A DNA stretch of 64,000 bases from Callorhinchus milii (taxonomy: Eukaryota), in the NCBI RefSeq assembly GCF_018977255.1, contig NW_024704742.1, positions 90,770,001 through 90,834,000 of the forward strand, written 5' to 3'. Below are positions 1-11,610 of this stretch, in pieces. The notes beneath the pieces were generated by a model. It was not told the origin of the DNA. It saw nothing but the letters and a program-made list of their open reading frames with translations, and ran no database searches. The translations under genes were made by a program, and so were the position numbers. Within the stretch, counting starts at the first letter, position 1. Every line of letters starts with the position of its first letter.

Positions 1-2135
1 TTAACTTTTTAACATTTTAGTTTTTTTTATAAAATTATTTTTAGCCCATTACCCAGTGACAAAGCTTGACAGCTCTCTCCGCGATTTACGAGTTTTATCC
101 TAAGGTAAATTTCACCCCCATTGTTTGCCGGGTCAAAGAATATTGCTGAGCTCCTCTATCAGCTGAACTGCTGCATCGAAATCACATCTGCTCTGACAAA
201 CAGTTGTGGCCCCTTTCTATAAAGGAAGGTGGTGTCGTTCAGATGTCACTACAGACCATGTGTTTCACGTGGAGAATCAAGGAAAACAAGCAGTTTTCAA
301 TATATTTATTTTTGACAAAGATACCAAAATGTGTTTCATAGATGGAAAATCATATGCAAGACATTTTGTCCAACTTCCACAGGACTTCAGACAAATTTTG
401 ACCTTTTTGGGGTCGAGCTTCGGTGGAAAGCCCTGTCACTAATGGGATGAAAGTTCCTGCACCGGAGGTTTTGGTATCTCTGGGGACAATAGGCACATTA
501 AAGGAAATCCTACCGTGTCTGACCATCCTCGTACACCCCGAGAGAATGTTCTTAACAACCAGGAAAACATACTCTTCACAAAATCATTTAGGACTTTATC
601 TAAAAAAGTGTGGGTAGAAACTTCACAGAATCCCAAATAGCAGAATACTGTAACATGAAATCTCAAAAAAAATACTGCCTGCACAGTTGTAATATTGATA
701 TGTGTTACATGCTTGAATTATAACGTATCTAGGCTGGTCAATCAATATAGGACTGTTCAAAACTGTTCAGCAGGCAAAAGCTTCACAATCAAATGGACTA
801 AAATATTGGGACACATGTTTTGAGATATTTTGGTACCATGACAGATTATTAAGGGAGTTATTGGTCAGACACGTGAGGTACTTATGAATTCGAAAGCCAG
901 TGCTGAAATCTTGCCAGCAGTCCTTATGAAACTGGAATTGCAGTGTCGTCCAGCCTTGAATTGCCTGTGTTACACAAGGACCTCTTGCTGAGGTGAAAGG
1001 AAAAACTCGCCTTAAGCAAGGTCTGGGGCTGACTGGCTAAGTAGGAAAAAGCAAGATTGGAAAATTACATGCTGTGGAAAATTGGGCTTCATTATTCACC
1101 CTCAAACAAAGCTTGCTAACAGTTTGGGATCTGGTATGTTGTGTCACTGGTGTCAGAAAAGTGGACCTCTGCCATACAGAGAAATACCTGAGGCGTACAT
1201 CATAAACACTTCAAAAATCCTTCTTCGCTGGTTGCATTCTTCTGGTCTGCATAGCTTGAATAAAATAAAGCAGAAGGTCGCAGATCTTGCTAATTGTACT
1301 GGGCCTGCCTGCCTTGCAATTGTCAGCTGATTTGATAGGAGTGACATGTGGTTAAGTGGAATAAGAAGAGACGTGGTGGTAGAGCGTTAGCCCATTAGTT
1401 TGCTTCGGCAGCTTGTTTTACTAAGGAGCCCTCTAATGGGTTCTCAGCAATAATTACTATCTCTCTATCTCATACTATTCAACATGACAGGCAGTTGCTG
1501 AAGTCACAGCTAATATATTTGCACTTTAACAGCTCTAATGGTGAGTCTCCTTGAACACATTTGGTCACAAAGAAATGGCAATAGTTGAAAGATTTTTCTC
1601 CCCAGAAACTAATGGAGAGAGGAATTATATAGGGCTGGATGAAATGTTAAGGAATGAGATTGCCGCACATAAGAAGAATGATATCTTAAGCCTAAACTGT
1701 CTGCTCATAATGCACCTACTTTTTCTGCTCATTGAGGTGAAAAACTGCAATATTTCATAATACTTCAATCCCAAGTCTGTTATGAAATGATACATGTTTC
1801 ACCCCATTGTTGGTGAGTTGATGACAGAATCTATTGGTTCTATGTTTGATCTTTCTTCCTGATGCTGAATCTTAACATGAGCTTTGAAGACAATTTGTGG
1901 CAGTTATGGAGAAGCAGCTGAACCTCCAGGTACCTACTTTGTCATTAACATTGTTGTCACTGCCATTGGCCACTACCTTATACCTCAGCTATTAATGGGC
2001 AAAAGCTGTCTCAGAACGCTGCTGCCTGTGTTGGGCTTTCATTTGTGATATTCTCAAAAAGGGGTGTGAAATGCTATTTGTGACTCTTATTTAATAATGT
2101 TTTTAAAAATCCTTGTGTTATTTGATATCCTTGTT

Positions 2136-2490
2136 GAGTCCTGTAGCTAATTGATTAGAGCAGTCACCTCGTATGCAAGAGGACCTGGGTTCGGTTTCCG
2201 GGAAGGGTGAAACCTAAGGTAAGTTTCCTTACTCCACATGCCTCTGTTTACCTAACAGTAAGTAGGAACCCAGTTATTAGTCAATTGGCGGATTGCTTTT
2301 CCGAGAGTAATAATAAAAAAATTGATCACTCAATCCACGACTGTTTGTGGGATAATGCTGTGTACAATTGTCTGCTGTGTTTCACCCACAAAATAAACAA
2401 TTAATTCACTTTACAGTATATTCTGTAAAGAGCTTTTAGGATGTCTCAATGACGTGGTAAGGCGCTATATCAAATGCAAGTATTAATATT
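2136..2490 (+). mobile_element. tRNA-derived SINE (Ala-like head, L2-type tail), long form
   Basis: Head GAGTCCTGTAGCTAATTGATTAGAGC...GGTTCGGTTTCC, body GGTAAGTTTCCTTACTCCACATGCCTCTGTTTACC, tail AAGGCGCTATATCAAATGCAAG. Homologous to copies at 13350, 15677, 38625, 57104 and 61243. Confidence 0.85.
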
Positions 2491-2640
2491 ATGCCTTTCA
2501 CCTCAGGAGGACATCTCAAAACACTTCACAGGAATGGTGACTGGGTACGGTATATTGTAGGCAAATGTAGCAGCCAATTCGCCTCACAGCAATGTCCCAC
2601 AAATAGCCATGAAGTGATTGACCAATTTAGCAAAAAATAG
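2491..2640 (-). mobile_element. SINE 3' fragment, inverted relative to the preceding copy
   Basis: Contains GCAGCCAATT...CACAGCAATGTCCCACAAA, the reverse complement of the shared SINE 3' region. Confidence 0.7.
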
Positions 2641-3092
2641 GTAACGTAAACCATATTTTTAATCCCACTGTGAACCCAAATAACTACATCATACTTCCCG
2701 GTTGTGATGTACCTTAACCCACATCTGATTTTTGTCTCACTTGCAGTCAAGCAATGTTGAGAGGGGATGTGGATTTAAGCAGTGTTATGTACCTGAAACA
2801 TGTACAGTATGTGCAAATATCTTCCTTTCAGGCCCTCTGCTGTGACTCAAGGCGTCAATCCAGTAAGGAAGTATGACAGAACATTTCATTGGAATACAGA
2901 TGCTTTTTTAGTAGAGTGGAATGGGATGGATGGCATCTTCCCAGAGATCTAAAAGCCCACATGTGCCTCTGTGCTAAAATGTGTATTGGTTTAGTGCAGT
3001 GTTTTCTCCAATGACATTTTGCATTAGTTTATTGTGACCTGAAGCCACAAATAAATGCACAGACTTGATTTGAAGTTACTACCCTTAATACA

Positions 3093-3610
3093 GGAGGTAA
3101 GTGAGGTCCCCTTAGCTAAGCTGGCTCGAAAGTGGTGTGCTTGACCACGAATGTCATAATTGAATCAACCCTCTGTGGTGGTCTCACTCATCCAGTTCCT
3201 GAGCCAGGTGGGTCCACACAAACCAGCAGCCTACCTCATTGGAGAATGAGGAGAAGCAGACAAATTATTAGGGGAAGGAATTCTTCCAATTCAGCTCCTG
3301 TTAACCCTCCAAGCCAAAGCCCAGTCAGTTAGTGTGGTTCTAGTTGGACAAACAGCAGGAAAGTTTGCCGAACAGTGCTCTCAATAACAAGCTAATCAGT
3401 TTAAGCTGGTTAAACTCCAGCAGTTACCCCAGTATACGCTATGGAGGCCTCAAGCCTCGGTTCAACCTGTGTTTAATAATGTGTAATTAGGTAAGCAGGA
3501 TGCACCCTCCAAGGTGAGAGTGCACATTCCATTTCAGACACAGGGAAATTTCCATGTGTAGGTGGCATACATATGTGGAACTATCAGTTTCGTCTGGATA
3601 CTTGTGATGG
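3093..3610 (-). repeat. Unclassified ~500-bp interspersed repeat, copy 1 (orientation arbitrary)
   Basis: The reverse complement aligns by eye along its length with 10625-11135, e.g. CTGCTGGAGTTTAACCAGCT, GAGACCACCACAGA and CTTACCTCC. Confidence 0.75.
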
Positions 3611-4554
3611 CTTTTCCTCCTTCATCAAACAGCCAGCTGACAAAATTAATTCAACTCTGGGGAACATTAGCAGAAACCTTTACACCAGTGTCATAACTCT
3701 GCTTGACGCTCCCAACCAGGAACGTGCCTGAGATGTAGCAGTGCATGTGAAGAATGTCAGCGGTGCCTCCAAGTGATCTACATCTGAAGTTGAACACTGG
3801 TATCCTGGGAGTTAGGTGTTGACCAAACCCTCCATCCAACCCCATCCCCCTGGCGTCCATGCCACTTGGTTCCAACCAACCCCCAGCTCGGGGGCAAACA
3901 CTTGATTGTCCAGCGCCTTGGGATGTTATCCGACATGAGAAGAGCTACATAAATTCAATTTGCTGTTATTATTGCGACGTCAAACATTGTATGTCCTAAA
4001 TTCATATTCACTTGGCTCCTAATGTTACGAGGGTTGTCAGAGTAAATACCTGAAAGCTTACACCTCACCTGGCTAGTAACACTCCCAGTGTCAGAGCCAA
4101 TCTAGAAATTGGTGCAAATGTGCACTGTTTTGAAAACTGAAAATCACTTCCTCTTTTTCTTTTGTTCCCTGAAGAACATGTACTGTTCTAGTCCCTGAAA
4201 TACCTTGTGGTGTTTCAGAAGTAATTACTGTCAAGTAGGCAAACACTGCACCATCATTTTAAGAAACCACACCATTAGTCTGATGGTCTTGTCAACTCTG
4301 TTGTTATGTCCCAGGCTACGAACCCTAAAGCCTCACTTGACTTCCAGCCCTCGAACTGACTCTGATTACAGCAGAACCCTTGAAAAAGGAAAGAGTGAGA
4401 ATGAAGGATGGACTGCAGGAGGTTTCTTAAAGGGAACTCCACTATGTTCCTAGGGCTAAGCCACTTACTATTTTTATTCCTTGAGTTAAACGATGGCAGG
4501 TCTCTTGACTCAAGAGTGGCACCAAAAGATTCCTCTGAATTGTATTCACAAAAA

Positions 4555-5012
4555 TGACCCCACATTCCTGGCCAACAATCCCCCAGGTAAACTTGGTCAT
4601 TGACTTCATGGCTGTTTGTAGGACATTGCTGTGCGCAAATTGGCTGCCACGTTTGCTTATAAAATACAGTCAACGTGAATGGTTCCCCGAGCCCGACCTC
4701 CTTGTGAGTGACATTTCAAACCAGCCAATTATTGGCCCGAGCCTACCCTCCCTGATGAGTGACAATTACAATAGCCAGTCACTGCGTGGATCCCTCTCCT
4801 GTTTGAGTCCGGACAGTTTTTAAACCCACAAGGTTTTATGCTGAATTGGCGCCCCCCCCCCACCCCATTTCACTTGAAAAAAACAAGCCCTTCCCGGAAG
4901 CCAGTCAACCACTGCAGTCACGACCCTTTACAGTAAATTGCATGTGAAGTGCTTTGAGATGGCCTCCTGGTGCGAAAGAAACTACATTCAAACACAAGGA
5001 TCATTATTATTT
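4555..5012 (+). mobile_element. SINE 3' portion, interrupted by about 230 bp of other sequence
   Basis: CCTGGCCAACAATCCC...GGACATTGCTGTGCGCAAATTGGCTGCC (4565-4670), resuming at about 4910 with GTGAAGTGCTTTGAGA...CAAGGATCATTATTATT. Confidence 0.65.
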
Positions 5013-5284
5013 TAACTACCCAACCAACTTGGAGGGTATTATTAAACCAGTGGTGTGCACTCCCAGCATCTCTGCTCTACATTCTGTCTCATAGCTTCTC
5101 TTTATTGGAAGAATAATTACATTACCTTTATGTTTTATTAAAATATGGGAAAGGAGTACAATTAACAGAATCCTGTATGTAATACAATAAATAATTCCAG
5201 TTGTCATACTCTCAATTAAGTCACATGCAGCTTCATGACTCATGAGTTACCTTTGACAGAACAGATATGGAATTATTTATTCTA

Positions 5285-5490
5285 ATACACCCTCCTGCTG
5301 CACAGTATTCTTTCTATGACACATTCCCTCTGTACAGTATTCTCTCTATTGCACCCTCTCGCTGCACAGTATTCTCTCCATTACACCCTCCCTCAGTACG
5401 GTGTTCTCTCCATTACACACCCACTCTGTACAGTATTGCATCTATTACACCCTCCCTGTACAATATTTCCTCTATTACACTCTACCTCTC
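5285..5490. repeat. Minisatellite, ~31-32 bp unit, about 6 degenerate copies
   Basis: Unit approximates ATTACACCCTCCCTCTGTACAGTATTCTCTCT, repeated head to tail. Confidence 0.85.
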
Positions 5491-7759
5491 TTTTGGAATT
5501 TATATGTCCTTACTTTAGAGATCAGCTGCTGCTCATTGCATTGCTCTCAAATTTTAAAGTATGTATAATAAAGGAATAACATGCACCACTGATGCAATGT
5601 ATTTGACCTACTGGGATGGGGATCCACAGGCATAGCAATAATTTAAGTTGAAGTGTCTTGTTGGAGAGGATCTTTAGCTGCCCAAGTAAAAGTTGATGGC
5701 CCTGTTGTTTCTACTGCGACTACTGTCCAGTGATGTTGGTAATTTACTGCAATTAATTGAAAATGGATTGTTCACATTATTTGGAATTAGAATGAAAGAA
5801 GATCATGCCCTGCAGCTCAGAATAATTTGATACCAGTGTCCATAAAGAGTAAGGGAATATCACACTAAGTCGCAGTACGTTGGCATCTTTACTTTGCTCT
5901 TAAGAAAAAAAACTGTAAGCAAACTGTGCCTCCAGCGTTTGTGAGTGGCATTTTGGATCTTCCACACATGTGAAGGCAAAAATGTAATACACCATTTACC
6001 AGTGCAATATCCTGTTTTTCTTCCCTCTTCCAAAGCATAGTTAGATAAAATCCACTGGAAAATTCATTCCAGATTTCTTATATTCATTATTGCTACTTCA
6101 ATGTACCAACAAGGTTTATGAGGTAGTATAGGGACTAAGTAAGGCTTGCACACTAAAGTATATTAATGTTCACATCAATCAGAATACCTCACTGTATCAC
6201 TGTGTAGAGAGTTGGCAAACGTTTCTTTTACAGTTCTGGTGTTCCTGGCCAACAATCACTGCAAAATCTGATGTATCAAATGCAAAGAATATAAGATAGT
6301 TGTCATGGTATTTTTAATCTTAAGGGTAAGTGGACGGGACCTGGGTTTAAGTCTGATTCGAAGGACAGAGCCACATGCAATGCAAGCATTTCCCCGGCAC
6401 CGCACTGGAGTGCCAGCCAAGACTGGGAGCTGTAAGCTATACTGATAGCTGAGAAGCAGGCAACATTTTCACTGGTCTTGTTGCAGGAAATCATATTGCA
6501 AAGGGTATAATCACTGGTGCGATTTTAGCAGTAATATTTTTTAAAATGTACAGAATCCCTTTTGGCTCTTCCTTGGTGATTTCTTAAAGCCCACTTAAAA
6601 ATTCAGAGAGACCTACGTTATGTAATAACCTGTTTTCTTCGGGTTATTTGAAGCATTTGATGAAAATGAAGGGATTTTGAGCTTTCAGAATAAATTTCCT
6701 TTACATTCAGGGTACCAGATGTTGATGTTGGCAGCTGCAGAGAGGGTCACAGGGCACTGGAATCAACTGGCTGTGAGACTAAGATTCCAGGCCTGTAGTG
6801 CTGACAGCTTTGTATAAGTTTGTTTGCATGGCACCAAGTAATGTTGTAAAAGCGGTTTTAGTTTTCAGTCTGTGCCTGGAAAGGGCTCCACATGGTTACT
6901 TTATATTCAGAGCTGTGGAGAGTTGAATTTAGCAATGGTCGGGCTGCTCCGGGAAAATCGAAGGGGCTGTTTAAAGAGAGCATATATAGGGCAAAAAAAG
7001 ACAGAATTGTTTAATACTGACATTTCAACTTCAGCTCCTCTTGAGACCCTGCATGAGTACACCGAGTAACTGTACGAATGTGTGCACAGTGTGCCTACGT
7101 GTGATCCTGAATGGACATTGTACTGCAATGGTCTCACTGCTGCTAAGTAACAATCGATCTGCTAAGGAGAATCTGGTTTTAGAGACTATTCACTTGTAAG
7201 CCAAGTTGTCAGCTTATGACAATGCAGATCTCAGAACGATTCTGCTCATAAGGTGAAGATGAGGGAGAGAGAGCCGTGTTCATGGACATCTGACTAGTCT
7301 TGTATTCAACAATGGTGATGGGGACAGAGTGAAGAGATCACAAGTTCCTAGTTCAGTGAGACCAACAGTGAGAGCAATAGATTTTATGGTCCTCTGACTT
7401 TACTGTAAAACCTGGGATAAGAGAGAAAAATAGAGAGTTATGCTAACTCAATGTAGTAATAGAGGCAACAGGAGAGAAAATTATTATAACTCAATGTTGT
7501 AACAGCAGTGATGAGAGAAAGAGAGAGATAGAGATGACGACTGAATGTAATTACAGCAGTGATAGGAGAGAGAGAAAGCTCCTGACAACTCAGAGAAGTA
7601 ACACCGAAGTGAGAGAGAGAGATGATGGCTTTCTCCTGCACATCACTTTACTGCTGGAAGCATAAACGAGGCATTGGAAACTTTATTGTAAACTCAATTG
7701 GTGAAAGCTGTAAAGAGATCTGCAAACGTTTTCAATTTATCAAATGTTTTCAAGCGTTA

Positions 7760-7925
7760 AGAAGACATTTTTTCACACAGATGCTTATTAAAACATGGAG
7801 TACTTTGCCACAAGAGGCAATTGAGGCTGAGACCATAATGTTGTGATGGAATTGGATAAGTATTTGAAAAGAAGCAATATATAAGAGCAGGGAATTGGGT
7901 TTAGATAGCTCTGGTGGAGGAGCTA
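7760..7925 (+). mobile_element. CR1-type LINE 3' fragment
   Basis: Encodes RRHFFTQMLIKTWSTLPQEAIEAETI, the CR1 ORF2 C-terminal FFxxRVVxxWNxLP-type motif. Confidence 0.7.
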
Positions 7926-7947
7926 CCACCACCACCACAACCAAAAC

Positions 7948-9380
7948 CAACAACAACAAAATTATATTTGTGTAGCGCCTTTCACATCGGGAGGACATCC
8001 CAAGGCGCTGGACAATCAGTGTTTCGAATCCGAGCTGGGGGTAAGGATCGGGGAGGGCGGAGGGGAGGGGGCGAAGGAGGGTGACCGAAGGCACGGTCGA
8101 AGAGGAGGGTCTTGAGATGGGTCTTGAAGGAGGCAAGGGAGGGGGCGAGGCGGAGGGACTGCGAGATGGAGTTCCAGAAGGTGGGGGCAGAGTGGCTGAA
8201 GTCCCATCCGCCAATGGTGAGGAGGGCGAGGCAGGGGATGTGAAGCAGACCAGAGAGGGCTAAGAGGTCGCAGAGATGGGGAGGAGCAAGGTCATGAAAG
8301 TGAGGACCAGGATCTTGAACTGATGGGAAGCCAGTGGAGTCCAGTGAGAATGGAGTGATAGGATCGCTGTGCCTGGTACAGGAAAGGACACGAGCTGCAG
8401 ATTTCTGGATGATCTACAGCCTATGGAGGGAAGAGTTGGGGAGGCCGACAAGCAGAGAATTTGCGTAATCGAGCCTGGATGTTATGAATGCGAGTATGAG
8501 GGTCTTGGTGGCTTGTGATGTGAGACAGTGACGGAGCTGGGTGATGTTGGGGAGGGGAGGGAAGGCAGAGCGGGTCATGGCACAGATGTGGGTAGAAAGG
8601 ACAGTTGAGGGGCAAACAAAATGGCAATGTTTCGGACTGGCTCGATGAGGTGGAATCTGCATCCATGGATGGTGATGCTGTCGGTGCCTGAGCTGTGGAT
8701 GCACTGATGGGAGCCAATCAGGAAGGCCTCAGTCTTGTTGATGTTTAGCTGTAGAAAGTTAGTTCTGATCCAGGACTTGATGTCTAACAGACATTCTGTC
8801 AGGAAAGCAGTGGTCCTAGAGTTAAGGGTGGAAGTAGAAAGATAGAGTTGTGTGTCATCTGCATACATGTGGAAGTTGACCTCAGGTTTGTGGATGATAT
8901 CACCAAGAGGCAGCGTATAGATGTTGAAGAGGAGGGGACCAAGGACAGAGCTCTGAGGAATGTCACACAAGATAGTGCGGGGGCTAGAGGAGAAGGAGAT
9001 GAAGTGGAGATGGTGTGAGAGATAGAATCTGAACCATTCAACGACAGAACCATGAAGCTTGAGGTGAGAGGAGAGGCATTGGAGAAGGATAGAGTGGAGC
9101 AAGGGAATCGAGATTGGTGGAGAGGGAGTTGTGAAGAAGGGTGACCGAGGAGGATAGGTCATTGCGGGAGGAAACCGAGAGGGGAAGATGTTCAGTTGAC
9201 TCCAAAGCAACAGAGAGGGAGGGTGGAGGAGAATTTTTCCAGGGGCGGTAGGAGATGGAAGTGGGTTGGGTGGTGGTGGGAGAGGGATTGAGGAGTTAAG
9301 GGAGATGAAGTTATGGTCTGAGATGGCTTTGTTGGCGATGGTGAGGTCCCAGATGCTGAGGCCCCGGGTAATCACCAGCA
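7948..9380 (-). mobile_element. L2-clade LINE, degenerate and internally deleted
   Basis: ORF 8575-9426 has the endonuclease end (ISDHNFI) and RT motifs IPQSSVLGPLLF and HMYADDTQLY. Further frames give AFITSRLDYANSLLVGLP and HWTP...FKIL. The 3' tail is a stem-loop plus (TTG)n. Confidence 0.92.
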
Positions 9381-9519
9381 CAGGTTTGCTAGGTTGATTG
9401 GCCACTTTCTGCACTCCAATTTCCATGGTTCTATGGTGAGTGGCTCCATTGCATTAACAGAAGGAATAGTGAGTTCATTGTTTTGTTTACAATAAAAATT
9501 CTTTGACAGTTTCACCCAT

Positions 9520-9625
9520 AAAAAAAACAGTCAATTCACTTTACACTATATTCTGTGAAGCGCTTTGAGACATCTTAATGTCATGATAAGGCGCTATATC
9601 AAATGCAAGGATTATTATTATTATT
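9520..9625 (+). mobile_element. SINE 3' tail fragment
   Basis: CAGTCAATTCACTTTACACTATATTCTGTGAAGCGCTTTGAGAC...CAAATGCAAGGATTATTATT. Confidence 0.8.
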
Positions 9626-10343
9626 CACCATCACAGTTGCATACATGAAGGAGAAGGGAACAGAGGGGTATGGGAGAGGGGCTTAAGAGTGGTGGTGCTT
9701 GGAGTGTAGAAACCAGTGCAGACTACTTGAGGTGAATGGCCATTTGCGTTCTGTTATGTTCAGTGTAAATGTTAGAAGTTCTTTACGTTCTGGGGAAAAT
9801 GTCTTTTTGTAAGATATTTTTACCCCTCCCACCACGTTAGCCTCCTTCATGCCAGCTATTATTTTCACTGAGGAGCATGGGCTGATTCAGGACACAGCAT
9901 ATTTTCAGTGCTATTGCTTTGACGTTCGGCCGGGAAGCACGCATGTGCGATACAGGAAAGTAGTTCTCCCTCCAGGAAAGACAGCCAAACTGCCCCTCCA
10001 CCACCACCCCCACTATCACCAGCCCTGAGGTAGCCAAAGTCTATCGACTGAGACCGGGCTTGGAATACTGACTTCCTAATTAGGAGTCCAACAATAAGCA
10101 TCGGAGTACTACAGGACCAGAAGAGACTATTGCGGGCAATCTGGCCAGTTTCAAAAGTTCAAAGAATAGCATACAATATACTATCTCTTATACCGTTCAA
10201 TCTCTTCCTTTGCCAAAAATGTAATTCGCTCCCTCTTGAAATTTCCGATGCTGTGTCTCCATGGTTGGCTGTTCCATTCTGCATGTAAAGTAGCTGAATC
10301 AAAATGGTCCATTTCACCTTTGTGTTACTGCGCTCGAGTCCAT

Positions 10344-10907
10344 ACCCCAGAGTGTGTGTTGGGGTCCTGCTGGAGTTTAACCAGCTAAAACTGCCATTGA
10401 AAGCACTATCTGACAAGTTTCTTACTGGGATAATCCTACCCTGTTAGTTTGTGACAGTATGAAACATATTGCTTATGCTCATTGTATCTCTACTCTATCC
10501 AACCTTGAAAACGTCAATAAGATTTCCTCCTTTTCACAAGTCTAAGTATTCCTTGTAGTTCAGGTTAGTTACCATCATGGTAACATCTTTTTTAGGTCAG
10601 TCAGGTGTCTGACCCGCGGAAATTCATCACCCTGCGTAGGAGTATCCAAACCAGATTGAGAGTTCCACATATGCATGCCGCCTAATCATGGACATTTCTC
10701 TGTGTTTGGAATGAAATGCGCATTTTCTTGCTGGTGAGATTTACCTTCCTTAACTAATTCCAGAGAGTATCAGGCATAGTTTGGCAAGAGGAAGGCTTGG
10801 CGACCCCAGAGTGTGTGTTGGGGTCCTGCTGGAGTTTAACCAGCTAAAACTGCCATTGAAAGCACTATCTGACAAGTTTCTTACTGGGATAATCCTACCC
10901 TGTTAGT
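10344..10907. repeat. Perfect 105-bp direct repeat (10344-10448 = 10803-10907)
   Basis: ACCCCAGAGTGTGTGTTGGGG...CCTACCCTGTTAGT is identical in both copies, offset 459 bp. Confidence 0.95.
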
Positions 10908-11135
10908 GCTTTGGCTTGCAGAGTTAACAAGAGTGGAATAAGAAGAATCTAGGGATCCATCCTTTCCAAGTCCTCCAGTCCTGGTTGGTCTGTCAATAGC
11001 AGTACTCAGCTCAGGTACCGGACTAAAGAGACCACCACAGAAGATTGACCCGAGTCTGACAATTTGTTGCCAAGCATATCACCTCAGTTCAGTTCAGCTC
11101 CAAGGAGACTGCTCTTACCTCCTCCTTTGGAGGAT
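10625..11135 (+). repeat. Unclassified ~500-bp interspersed repeat, copy 2
   Basis: Homologous to 3093-3610 (opposite strand) and to partial copies at 36240-36450, 58090-58220 and 60380-60560. Confidence 0.75.
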
Positions 11136-11467
11136 GGTCACATATTTTAATTAAGATCGTTGTTTCAAAACCTGCAGTGTAAGAACAAATCATAGCAAAC
11201 TCGGTCTGTCTGCTGTTATGGGTAGCAGGGTGTACTACTGTCTCAGAGCTTCACCTGTGTCAGACCTCATTCATTCTCTGACTTGTAAAATGCAACACCA
11301 TATGTCAGTGAATGCGCACTGAGCAGTTAATATCAGATACCGGTCTGAAAGGCTGCACTGCCTGTACCTGCTGTCACCATCTTACGTACAGTGGTTCTAT
11401 GTAAGTCAGGGCATGTGCAGAAACCAAACCCAAGGATAATGGCTCGTTCTAGCTCAAAGTAGGGTTG

Positions 11468-11610
11468 ATAATAATAATAATCCTTTCATTTGATATTTGG
11501 TATATCAAATGCAAGGATTATTATTATTATTATACTGTAAAATGCTTTGACACGGCCTCCCAACGTGAAAGGAGCTGTATCAAATGCAAGGATTGTTATT
11601 TATTATCTTC
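11468..11610. mobile_element. Cluster of SINE tail fragments in both orientations
   Basis: ATAATAATCCTTTCATTTGATAT (minus) abuts two plus-strand ATCAAATGCAAGGATT tails. Confidence 0.7.

Noticed and set aside
5285..5490. Regular ~32-bp repeats resembling a CRISPR array
   Set aside because: Head-to-tail degenerate minisatellite without unique spacers, no cas genes, vertebrate context.
6720..6790. Possible LF-SINE fragment (GTTGGCAGCTGCAGAGAGG)
   Set aside because: The similarity is too short to support without an HMM search.
8575..9426. 283-aa ORF with a YADD reverse transcriptase motif (also 18115-18693)
   Set aside because: Frameshifted, deleted L2 remnant; not a host gene, retron or intact element.
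10344..10907. Mini LTR retrotransposon (TRIM) interpretation of the 105-bp direct repeats
   Set aside because: No TG...CA ends, primer-binding site, polypurine tract or TSD seen, and the right copy is internal to a longer repeat.
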